Shown here one piece after another: positions 47,050-59,100 of a stretch of DNA of 64,000 bases (positions are counted from its first letter, which is position 1; every line of letters begins with the position of its first letter). Location: the NCBI RefSeq assembly GCF_006345805.1, contig NC_043000.1:75392001-75456000 (forward strand), written 5' to 3'. Under the pieces are notes generated by a model that did no database searches, was not told where the DNA came from, and saw nothing but the letters and a program-made list of their open reading frames with translations. Origin of the DNA: Octopus sinensis. Taxonomy: Eukaryota. The position numbers and the translations under genes are program-made.

Positions 47050-50000
47050 ATATCAGCCAAGTGCAGGCTTCTCTCCTTCCTGCTGTAACATAATTGACAC
47101 TTTGCAGCCAATTCCACACTGCACACACTCAATAAACCTCCTCCAAAACTATCCCTTTCCACTGTACCAATCTTGCTACCATGAATATATACCAAGTATG
47201 AAAGCACTTTAATCACTTCAAACCTGATAATGTCCCTCCTGTTACCCTCTTGCACTACACTCCAGAGGGATGTATTACTGAGGCTCGTGTTATTGAACCT
47301 TTCTCTGATCACTCTCCTCATTCTACCAATTCTGTGTGCCTTTGGATTTGGTTTTATCCCCAATACTCTTTCTCTCCAGTATATTGACAACCTACTTGCC
47401 ATCACCTTCAAGACCATGCAGAAAATGCCATCCTTTATTTCTTCTTACTCTTCTACACCCAAAACATCATCCACTATGTAATCTAAATACAAAACTCTCA
47501 ATCTGCACTGACTCCATGAACAAAGATCTTGAAAACATCCCTGAAGACATCACTTTTGTCTCCATCAATAAAAAGACACATCAAGAAAACATTAACACAT
47601 CCACCCTAAACACAAACAGCAGGCAACTAGAATAATCTTTGTGATTATTACAAAAGTTCTGCTTCACTATCACGAGAGATTTCTCCTAACACACATTTTT
47701 GACATAGCAAGATCAAGACCATGTTTGGATGATGTTTAGAAGCAGAAAGTTAAGGAGCAATAAAAGGTGGCATTTTCTACATAGAAGTAAGTATTAATGA
47801 AGGTAATAGCAGGTAGATTGTTTGAGGCATTGGAAGAAGAGTTTTGGGGATAAAATCAAACTCAAGAATATACCAGAGTTAATAGAGTATGGAAGAGATC
47901 AGAGAAAACATCAACAGCACATGTCACCTTTGCTGAGGTACTCTCAACTCACATATTTCTCTTCCTTTTGTTATTTGTATTGTGTTTATCCAATCCTTGC
48001 TCTCCTGACTAGACTCTGACTAACCACTACACTGACTTCTTCCTAGAACCTCATCCCTCATGAACTCCCACTCTGCACACATTCCAATCATCATCTTAAG
48101 CAGAACATTGTCAACATCAATCTCATCAGTCTCAGAGGGGCTGCAAAGGCCATGAGGACCATCTCTTCCCTCCCACATCAAACCAATAAAAAGAAAGATG
48201 GTAACAAAAGAAAAACTTGCATTGATAAGGGAATGGACATTTGCAGAACTGTTGAAACCTTATCTGTTCTAAGTTTATGCACTAGACCTTTGTCAGCCAG
48301 TTTCAGAGTAATGCCTCTTCAGCTATGAAGCTTCTAAGTTCCAACAAGACACAAGTTTATAAGGACACATAAATAACGGTAGCATTCTTCCCTTTTATGG
48401 GACTGTCACATTAAGTTGACAACATGCTATCACTTTATCGTGCTGCTACTGCATAAATCTCTCTGAAAGATTTAGAAATATATTATTTCTGTTTACAAGT
48501 TTGTTAATCCTGCTTTCATAAAATATGACTTCTACCTCAAACTCTATTATGGAATAGTTTGTTTCACACATGATTGTCCATGAGGCTGTGGGAGTACCTG
48601 CCATCGTAATACATAAATCCCCTCATGAATAAGCTTCCAGTTAATTAATGTAGAGAGAATTGGTTGCTGTATTTTTCTAGTACCTAATGATAAAGATAGG
48701 TTAGCAAAGGAAGAGGCCATTCTCGTACCCATTGCAGTCCCCAATTTTTGCCGATAGAAGTTGTCTTCTCCTTCTACATAGGAAGAGGTATCTAGATAAC
48801 TGCTTCATTCTTTGGCATGAAAGTATAGAGAGACTTAAAGAATTTCTAGCACTTCTAAATGGACTTGACATGAACATTCAATTTACGATGGAATATAGCC
48901 ATCAACAACTTCTATTCCTCAACATCCTCATAAAGAAATCCAACAACAAAATAGAAACAGACATATACTATAAGCCCACAGACTTAAACCTATATCTACT
49001 GTTCAACTCATGCTGCCACAGACACACTAGAATGAATATCCCCTTCAACCTGGCAAAAAGGATTTGTACTATAGTATCTGATACAAGCACCAGGGACAAA
49101 CAACTACATGAGGAGCTAAAGGATACACTCATCTGTAGGAACTACTCACTATCACTAATTGATATAGGTTTTCAACGTGCCTCACAACTCAAAATCCATA
49201 AACTCAGACATCCCAAACTAAAGAAGGATTTACAACCAAAAGCCCTACCATACATATGCACACCCAACCCCCTTAAAAATGAAGCCTTCAACACCATCCT
49301 CCAGAACATTCCTCTTCTAAAAAGGGACCACAGAATGAATCAAATCCTCCAAATGCACACCATCATAAAGAGCAAAAGACAATTCAAGTCAATGAAAAGT
49401 CTTCTAACACAAGCCCAAGTACACTTGTCAACCTAATTGAGGAATCAGAGTTCTCCTTTAAACAGGGTCAATGTTTTACAGTGAAAAACAACTTTACATC
49501 TGCTTTGGAAAACCTAATATGTGTTAACTTGTTCAGGATGTCGAGACCAATACATAGGCCAAATCAAAAACAGTCCACGCCAGAGGATGACCCTACATAG
49601 TTCCCAGATTAAAATTCTGGAATACAGAAAAACAGCATTAAGTGAACACATCGATATTTATGCCACTAACAACAACCCAACTTCAGAACTTTTCTCCTCT
49701 ATAAATTCAGGGACAATGCAACCTATAACCAGCACATTAGCATATTCTTTCACAAAATATAAACCCCTTTTGAATGCTTCCACCACAGATGACACTACTA
49801 CAGGGATCTTAGAATAATACCCATGCAAATATTAAAAACGATATATTCAGAACAGTCACTATCAATGAATTTATTCAGAACAATTCCAATCACTATTACT
49901 ACAACCACAACAGGTCACTTGACCATTAAAGAAGATTCCATGAACAGTCTGCTACTGTCATACCACTTAGCCTTGTTCTTCGTCTTCTTCTCCATCTCTT

Positions 50001-50280
50001 TCCTCAGCTGCTGCTACTTAAACAATCAAAGTCCAGAACCAACATCCCTCATAGTAACTTTTTCTTCAGATCTGCTACTACCTACCGTAAGAGAGAGACA
50101 CAAAAAAGGAAAATGTCCTACCTATTTGAAGACTATGGAAATATCTTTAAAAATCACTTCGTTTAATTTTTCCACAATTTAATTATTTTTCTTGCTTTTG
50201 TTGAAAAAGTTGAAAAGACTAAAACCGGTACTAAAATGTTCTTCATGATAAAATTATTTTAGCATTTTTTACCTTATCTT
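47050..50280 (+). mobile_element. Decayed, rearranged Penelope-like element (RT plus GIY-YIG)
   Basis: RT thumb KRYLDNCF...NIQFTME...TDIYYKPTD (ORF 48732-49436) and GIY-YIG LIYVLTCSGCRDQYIGQ...RQRMTLH. RT motif FYRQKLGTAMGTRMA lies inverted at about 48640-48765. Confidence 0.88.
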
Positions 50281-50296
50281 ATTTTCCTTATATATA

Positions 50297-53200
50297 CTAG
50301 CAAATGCCCCTGTCCTTTGGACAGTGTAATGTATTATAATGGTGCACTCCGATGGATGGTTGAAGTTGAATTAGCCTGCAGTTAGAAGTTGATATGTGTA
50401 AAATGTAAATTACCATTTTTGCTAGCAGTTGATATGTGTAAAATGTAAATTACCATTTTTGCTAGCAGTTTATATGGTATTAAGCAACTTTGGTAATGAA
50501 TAAATCTTTTTGAACACAAATTTGGCAGTTAGTAATAAATGAAGTCCATGAAATGAGACTGCAATTGCAGTAGGTATTAGGGATCCTATATCTTGAAGCG
50601 TTTTGTATCATGTACTTATTTTTCTCGTAATGCCTGACACAACCGCATTGATGCTTTTTTGCAGTGAAAATCATGTATGATAAAGAAAAGCAAACATTTA
50701 TAGAAAACACACAAATAGAATAATGGCATGTACAAAAATAAATGTCAGAGCACACTTATGAGCGAACAGCATGCGTGAAGTAAGAAGGGTCATTGATTGC
50801 TGTTAACAGCAATCAGGGAAATGAAGCAAAATATCAATGAAATGTTTGCAGGAAGTCTGATTGCTAATGGCCACAGTTTGGTGTAGATGTGAAGACTGCA
50901 GTAGAGGAATAAAGGGCTGCTTTGAAGATGACATATTTGGTTTTTCCTTCAGGAGCATAGATGAATAAGTTATCTGGATGGTCAACTCTGGAACAACCAA
51001 CGTAGAATTATCCATGTGAAAATCATGATGTTTGAAGGTCCAATCCAACAACTTTCAGTGACTGTCCTTGTGCTTTGTTAATTGTCTTGGTGAAGCTGAG
51101 TTTGAGAGGGAACTGAAGTTTCTGCATACGGTAGGAGTAGTTGGATTTAGCGGACTTTTCGAAATGAAAACGGTATTGTTTTTGTCATGTCCCATGATAA
51201 TTTTGGCTTCAAAGATGTGGTCCATCATTTGTTTGACCACAAGGCGAGTTTCATTGCATAGTGCAGGTGCATTTAAATTCCATAGTAGGATGACAAGGCG
51301 ACTGACTTTTAAGTGAAGTTCATGGAGAGGGAGTCCTGGAGGATCTTAAGAGTCGAGAAATTCTGTTAGAAAGTGTGCAACCTGATCGAGGTCGGTAATG
51401 GTGTCAACTGATCTGTAACAACGTTCTTGAGAAGGTAGCTAACTGAGTAATTCATAGTTAAGAGTGTTGACAGTTGCATATGTAGGTGCAAGAACAGCTC
51501 TGTCATGAAGCCAATCTGGTTTTATATATTCTGTTGTAAGATTTTGGTAAACAGCAGAACATAAGTCATCAGGGCTGGAGACAGTGTGGCCAATGGTGAT
51601 AGTGTCAATGTATCCATTGTCATCAGATATTTGTTCATTGCCAATTTTAAGGAGCATTTCTGAAAACTGAGTTGTAGGCTGACCGGTCTGTAGGAGTGAT
51701 CTCCTGTTGATGGTGAGTTGTTTCGATTGGACATGCGACCAACGAAGGGATATTTTTAAGGCAGGCATTAAGTTCATCAGCGGGTGTTCTTTTGGGCATA
51801 ATAGTCAAAGTTTGTCGAAAATCTCCTGCAAGAAGTAGAGTTGCACCTCCAAGGCTGTTGTTCGATCTAAGGTCTCTCATAGTAGTATTAAAGTGCTTGT
51901 AGGGAACATATATGAGACATAGTTACTTCATCTCAAACAATGAGTTTGCACTTTTTCAAAATTGTCGTTTCGTCCGAGGAATGCATCATGTGGCACGTTG
52001 GGTTTTCTTGGTGTGCTACACTGAAAGGCAATTTGAAGGTGCTGTTTGTCCACTGTCAAGAAGATCTGAGGCTATTCCTGAGGAGGCAACAGCAATAGCA
52101 AGGTCAACATTATGCTGCAACTTCGCAAGAAGATTCAAGAGGAATATTTTTCCTTTTCCACTGGGTGCATTTAAGAAGATGTGTGTGTGTGTGGATGTTT
52201 CTGAGGACAAAATTGTATATATCGGCTTGATCAGAATTCAGATGGGGCTCATCAGAAATGTACTGTTTGAGTTTGTGGATGTTGAGGCAATTGGGACAAG
52301 TGTCTTCATTTCTGTCTGAAAGAATAAGCATCCAATTGTTGACCTCCAGTTGCCATAACCAAGTCTTCCAAGAGAAGAAGCCCTCTGTTATAAATGGCAG
52401 GGGTACTGGGAATGTCAATGCTACATGTAATTTGGCAAGTATGCAGCAAAATGTCATGGCACATTAAATTTTTGTATTTATTCCAAAGTGAATGTATGTC
52501 TGTCAGGTTGCAGAAAACCAGCATTATTGCAAAAAGGTGTCGGAGCTTGTGCAGAGAATGACACAGAGAGGCCTCTTCGAGTGCATTGTCATATTGATCA
52601 CCTGTATCCAAAAGTCCCCATTTGGAGCAGGCATCTTTGAAGGTGCTGCATAAGTGGCCGTCCACTGTGCGAAGGAGTTTGGTCCCATAATGACATGAAG
52701 TAAGAGTCACAGATGGAAGCATTTGAAGTTCAAGGGGTGAACTGTCTAGACACGTCCAGTTGTTTCACCTTTGTACATGGCTGGATCCAACTGCATAGGC
52801 CAGCCTTGTTTTCTTCGTTGCCACTGGGAAGATGATTGATTCCCTGTATAATAAGGTGCACTTCAGTGTGCAAAATAGACTTTGCAAAGGGATTGACTTT
52901 GCACAGGTGAAAGAAGGCCGTGAGAATAGTCTTTGGTGGGGCTGCTGCTTTTTCAATGAGGTTGTCTTCTGTGCAGTAAATTTGCTGCCTATTTTCCAAA
53001 TGAACACTAAGATGAATCATAGGAGGGTATCGTTCGTGAATTGGCAATCCTAAGGTTCCTCATATAGCTTTATTGGTGGATATGTAGCATCCGGTTTCGA
53101 AAAGAGTCACTTCAACATTTGTAAAATCTGTTGATCATGTAGATTTTATTTGAAAAATGGCTCTGTCCAATCCTTTGGTAATGTACTTGCATATGTAAAG

Positions 53201-53598
53201 TATGGATTTGACATAATTACAGAATTCTATGTTGATGTGTGCACGAAATGTTTTGGCGAGCATCTTGTTGTTGGGTACAACCCACTGATTGTCAACGAAG
53301 AAAAAGTGTAGTGGGAGGTACAAATGTAAGGAAGACAATCAATTTCTGAATGTTACTTCACAAAGAGTTATCTCCCTTGTCCACAATAGTCACTCTACAT
53401 CAGAAATGGGGTTTTTTCTGACTCTTTCTCCAGAAGTGAAAAGTCTAAAGAGTGTAGAACCATTTGTGGAACGTAAGTGACGTATTTGTGAGGTGTGAAA
53501 GAAATCAGATGAAAAATATTGATTTTAGGTGGGATCAACATAATGGTCGGTCACATACACACACACATACATCTTCCATCTTATATATTATAGACAGA
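50297..53598 (-). mobile_element. Internally deleted autonomous-type Helitron (Rep motif 3 plus PIF1 helicase remnants)
   Basis: 3' end CTAG at 50297-50300 with hairpin CTGTCC/GGACAG (50310-50324). Fragments VKSILYICKYITKG, HERYPPMIHLSVHLEN, FLNAPSGKGK, LAGDFRQTL and LCNETRLVV. Probable 5' end A|TCTGTCTATAATAT at 53598. Confidence 0.88.
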
Positions 53599-53657
53599 TT
53601 TATATTTGTACATATACATAAATATAATCGTATATACATACATATAGTACATGTATG

Positions 53658-53735
<78 letters not shown>

Positions 53736-53758
53736 CCAATTACTTATATGTGTGTGTG

Positions 53759-53802
<44 letters not shown>

Positions 53803-53848
53803 TATAAGTAATTGGGGTATATAAATATATCTACATATATAAAAATAA

Positions 53849-54145
53849 TAATAATAATAATAATCATAATAATGAGTAAGTGTAAACACATGAACAAAAT
53901 AAACAAAAACAAATTACACGAATGTGTATAAAAAGGAGATACAAATATTACAGGCACTTCCCCACACACACTAACTAAACATCAAGAATTTTTAATAAAA
54001 TAATAATAATAATAATAATAATAATAAGTAGGTGTAAACATATGAACAAAATAAACAAAAACAAATTACACGAACGTGTATAAACAGGAGATACAAATAT
54101 TACAGGTACTTCCCTCCCACACGCACACACACTAACTAAACATAG
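53849..54145. repeat. ~150-bp tandem duplication within a pLTR-like repeat
   Basis: (AAT)n...GTGTAAACA(C/T)ATGAACAAAATAAACAAAAACAAATTACACGAA...ACTAACTAAACAT occurs twice. Confidence 0.8.
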
Positions 54146-54261
54146 ACACACATAGAGGTATACGCATGCTCAAATAAAGACACATACAATAGGAATACAA
54201 AATACAAAATGGCTGACCATTAGTAAGGAGAGACACACAAATAAGAAAGAAGAAAGCAGAG

Positions 54262-54305
54262 GACCACTGATGAGGTCACAGAAGTGTGACAAAAGAACTC
54301 TGGCC
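54262..54305 (+). ncRNA. Degenerate type-I hammerhead ribozyme (different family)
   Basis: GACCA-CTGATGA-GGTCACA-GAAG-TGTGAC-AAAA-GAAC-TC-TGGCC. Stem I, stem II and CUGAUGA are intact; the CGAAA core is mutated. Confidence 0.5.
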
Positions 54306-54544
54306 GAAATAAGATTAAGATTAATGTAAAAAATAAATAAAGCTGCAGCAAATTAACACCAAATATATAGTGTGTGTGTTTTTATTGGCTAAACTGGCAA
54401 AATGACCGTTGCTAAATACAACAACATCTGTTTCAACACACGATTTCACATCATAATCTTGCAAAACATATATATAAACGTTGGTGTATATATATGTATA
54501 AATTTTCAGTTATTTTTTTATGTTATTAATTATGTATATAAGGT

Positions 54545-55259
54545 TTTAAAGGTAGGTGTAGGTGTGTATATATATATATATATAGATTAGCTTATGCTTA
54601 TGTGGATTTATGTTAAGGTATACAAATATATTTGTGCGGTTATTTGTACATGTATGTATGTATAGATATATATCTGTGGATATATTTACATTTTGCATAT
54701 GTATATATGTATGTATGTAATCATGTGTGTATTTATTTTGCATATGTATATATGTGTATATATGTAAATGTCTGTATATATGTATGTATATATGTATATG
54801 TATATTAACATGAGTGTGTGGGGGGCTGTATGTAGGTATGTGCTTGCATATGTATATGGAGGTTATTTGAGTGTATATATATGTGTATATATGTATATTT
54901 ATGTGTGGATGAATGTAATGTGTGTATGTACATGTATATGAATATGTATGTATATTTATATATGCATGTACATGTATATGTATGTTTATATGTATGTGTG
55001 TGTGGAGATATATGTGTTGTGTATGTATATCAAGTAATATTGTATGAATGGAGGATGTATTGTATCTATACAAATGAATTTATAGACATAGGTAAGTTTT
55101 TGTTTATTTATTTAAAGAACGTGTTCTATATATAAAATTACTTAACTTATAATAAGTTTATTTGTTCAATTATAGAGTTAACTAAGTGTATATCGATATA
55201 TAGATGTATGTACTTGTATATAATGATTTATATGTTGGTGAATAAATGTATGTGTATGC

Positions 55260-55357
<98 letters not shown>

Positions 55358-55361
55358 TATA
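54545..55361. repeat. Degenerate (TA/TG)n microsatellite field ending in a long pure (TA)n tract
   Basis: Directly visible. Confidence 0.95.
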
Positions 55362-58300
55362 TTTTTCTTTTCTTTTCTTTTCAGGTACATGACACGGCTG
55401 TCCCTCGTCCCAGGGTCTCTGATGCCCACACCTCCCAAACCCTCAGAGTTGGCACGCTCAATGTTGGCACATTGAAAGGTAGGTCTGGAGAGATTGTAGA
55501 GCTGCTTGAACGGAGACATGTGGATGTATGCTGTATCCAGGAAGTAAGGTGGAGAGGAGGTTCTGCTAGGCTCCTCACAGGCAAGGAACACAGGTACAAG
55601 ATTTTCTGGGCAGGGAACACTGACGGAGTCGGGGGCGTGGGTATACTTCTTGCGGAGAAATGGGTAGGTAAGGTAATCGAGGTAGTCAGAGTAAGTGACA
55701 GAGTAATTAAAATTAGATTAGTTCTTCACCATAGGACAGCTACCATCATCTCGGCATATGCCCCTCAACCAGGGCTACCGGAAGGACAAAAAGACCAATT
55801 CTATAACACCCTATTGCGGACTACCTCATTGACAAATGACAGTGACCTTCTCTTCGTGGCAGGTGATTTCAATGGACATGTTGGACGACATGTCGGGGGC
55901 TTCCATGGCGTCCATGGAGGCTACGGTTTTGGCTCTCGAAATGAGGAAGGAACCAGGCTGCTGGAGTTCTGCGATGCAAATGACCTTATGGTCTGCAATA
56001 CCCACTTCAGGAAACCCACCTCTCACCTAGTCACCTACCGTTCTGGCAGACACACCAGCCAGATTGACTACATCCTTGCCAGAAAAAGGGAAAGAGGGCT
56101 GATTATAAATGCCAAAACCTTCCCAGGCGAAGAATGTACTCCCCAACATAGATTAGTAGTTAGCGACTTCAGGATCAGAGCTAAATGGTTGCCCAGAAGA
56201 AGACCAGCTTGGAGGAGAAGGGTCTGGAAGCTTAAAGATCCTGCAAATGGACAGAGATTTAGAGACATACTACTCGAAGCCTCTGACGAAATAGAAGGGG
56301 ATATAGCTTCACTTAATGTGGAAGACAACTGGAGATTCCTACGGGACAATCTGCTGACAGCCACTGACCAGATCTGTGGATGGAGCAAAGTACCATCTTG
56401 ACCCAGAGTAACATGGTGGTGGAACACTGTGGTTGACAGGGCTATTAGACAAAAGAGACAGGCTTGGAAGGACTGGAAGAATGGTGGTAGCAGGGAATTG
56501 TATCAGACAGCCAAAAGGGAAGCTAGGAGACAGGTTTATTTAGCCAGAGGGGAAGCGGATAAGAAAAAATTTGCCAACGTTCTGAGCCGTGAGGATGAAA
56601 GACTTGAGGTATTTCCTGTTGCAAGACAGTGTGTGAGAGAGAATCGTGATGTGGTAGGAGAGAAGTGTGTTCGCATGGATGATGGTTCACTTGCGCTAAA
56701 TGAGGATGCAAAGAGAGAGGTTTGGAGATGCCACTATGAAAGGTTGCTGAATAAAGAAAATGAATGGGATAAAGAGAGTCTGCCGAATGTTGACCCAACA
56801 GAGGGACCAGCTATCAGAGTTGATAGTTCCGTGGTAGCTAAGGCAATTAGAAGCATGAAGACAGGGAAAGCCCCAGGCCCATCAGGAATTACTGCAGAGA
56901 TGCTCAAAATATCTGGCAGTGTCGGCTATAGCCTAGTCACCCGTATAGTCAACCAGGTGATACACGAAGGAGTCATACCCAATGACTGGTGTAGCAGCAT
57001 ACTAGTCAACTGCTACAAAGGTAAAGGTGATGCCCTGGATACAAATAATTACAGAGGTATCAAGCTGTTGGATCAGGTAATGAAGGTTACGGAGAGGGTC
57101 ATAGCCCAACTAATTAGAGAGAGAGTTAGTTTAGATGAGATGCAGTTTGGGTTTGTGCCAGGGAAAAGCACCACTGATGCTATATTCCTGGTAAGGCAGC
57201 TGCAGGAGAAATACCTAGCCAAAGATAAGCCCCTGTACCTGGCTTTCGTTGACATGGAGAAAGCCTTTGATAGGGTCCCCCGATCCCTCATCTGGTGGTC
57301 AATGAGGAAACTAGGGATAGATGAATGGCTGGTGAGGGCTGTGCAAGCCATGTACAGAGATGCCGTAAGTAAGGTTAGAGTTGGCAACATGTACACAGAA
57401 GAATTCAAAGTAGAGGTTGGGGTCCACCAGGGTTCAGTACTCAGCCCCCTCCTATTTATCATAGTCCTCCAGGCAATTGTGGAGGAATTCAAGACAGGTT
57501 GCCCCTGGGAGCTCCTCTATGCTGACGACCTCGCTCTAATCGCTGAGTCACTATCAGAACTGGAGGAGAAGTTCCAGGTGTGGAAGGAGGGTTTAGAATC
57601 GAGGGGCCTTAGAGTCAACCTAGCTAAAACCAAAGTACTAATAAGTAGAAAGGTAGAAAATCCACAAATATCCTCAGGAAGATGGCCCTGCTCGATCTGT
57701 AGAAAAGGTGTAGGTAGAAACTCTATAAGATGTACCCAGTGTAAGCTATGGACACATAAGAGGTGCAGCAATGTCAAAGGTAGGCTAACTGGGAAGATAG
57801 TTTTTGTATGTGGCAGATGCTCGGGAGCATTGACCTCCGAAAATCTGCAGAAAACAACTTCCGTCACTTTCCGGGGGGAAAAACTAGAAGTAGTTGATAG
57901 CTTCCGCTATCTAGGTGACCAAGTTAGTGGTGGGGGTGGGTGTGCTGAAAGTGTAACTGCTAGAATAAGAATAGCCTGGGCAAAGTTTAGGGAGCTCTTA
58001 CCTCTGCTGGTGACTAAAGGCCTCTCGCTCAGAGTAAAAGGCAGACTGTATGATGCATGTGTACGAACAGCTATGCTACATGGCAGTGAAACATGGGCCG
58101 TGACTGCTGAGGACATGCGTAAGCTCGTGAGGAACGAAGCCAGTATGCTCCGATGGATGTGTAATGTCAGTGTACTTACTCGACAGAGCGTTAGTACCTT
58201 GAGAGAAATGTTGTACCTAAGAAGCATCAGTTGTTGTGTGCAAGAGAGACGATTGCGCTGGTATGGTCATGTGGCGAGAATGGATGAAGATAGATGTGTG

Positions 58301-59100
58301 AGAAAGTGCCAATCCCTAGCAGTTGAGGGAACCCGTGGAAGAGATAGACCCAGGAAAACCTGGGACGAGGTGGTGAAGCACGACCTTCGGACGTTAGGTC
58401 TCACCATGGAAATGACTAGAGACCGAGACCTATGGAAGTATGCTGTGCGTGAGAAGACCCAGCAAGACTAGTGAAGCCATAATCCGTGGCCCCTACCTGG
58501 GACGTAGTCAGTCCACCTGTGCATACCTTCCTTCTTGTGACACTTGTGAAGACCTGTTGAGGCAAGTGAGAATCGAATCAAATCAAATCAAATCAAATCG
58601 AACCAAATCAAAATAGATGAACATCAATGGAATCTGTATCCTTGTGGTACCAGTGCCGGTGGCACATAAGAAAACCATCCGAACGTGACCGTAGCCAGTA
58701 CCGCAACGACTGGCCTCCGTGCTGAGGGCACGTAACAAACACCATCCGAGCGTGGCCGTCCGCCAGCCTCGTCTGGCACCTGTGTCGGTGACACATAAGA
58801 AAACACCATCCGAGCGTGGCCGTCAGCCAGCCTCGTCTGGCACCTGTGTCAGTGGCACATAAAAAACACCATCCGAGCGTGGCCGTCTGCCAGCCTCGTC
58901 TGGCACCTGTGTCGGTGGCACATAAAATCACCCACTACACTCTCGGAGTGGTTGGCGTTAGGAAGGGCATCCAGCTGTAGAAACACTGCCAGATCTGACT
59001 GGCCTGGTGCAGCCTTCGGGCTTGCCAGACCCCAGTTGAACCGTCCAACCCATGCTAGCATGGAAAGCGGACGTTAAACGATGATGATGATGATGATGAT
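55362..59100 (+). mobile_element. Near-full-length RTE-clade LINE
   Basis: APE endonuclease, RT (LYADD), Cys-rich insert (CSIC...CTQC...H..C...CGRC), C-terminal GRDRPRKTW, 3' UTR with (AAATC)n and ~51-bp tandem units, and a (GAT)n tail. Flanked by TA-rich repeats on both sides. Confidence 0.97.
55385..58471 (+). pseudogene. RTE ORF (EN-RT), about 1,028 codons with a single in-frame TGA at 56399-56401
   Basis: ORFs 55472-56401 and 56429-58471 are in the same frame. The TGA sits where other copies read R/Q (PSRPRV at 36.7 kb), consistent with a CGA>TGA change. Confidence 0.92.

Noticed and set aside
53464-55135. ORFs rich in YI/HT/CV repeats (also 32370-32726 and 63080-63517)
   Set aside because: Translations of (TA)n/(CA)n microsatellites.
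58640-58925. ~51-bp regularly spaced repeats as a CRISPR or regulatory array
   Set aside because: They are the tandem units of the RTE 3' UTR and recur in the other copies.
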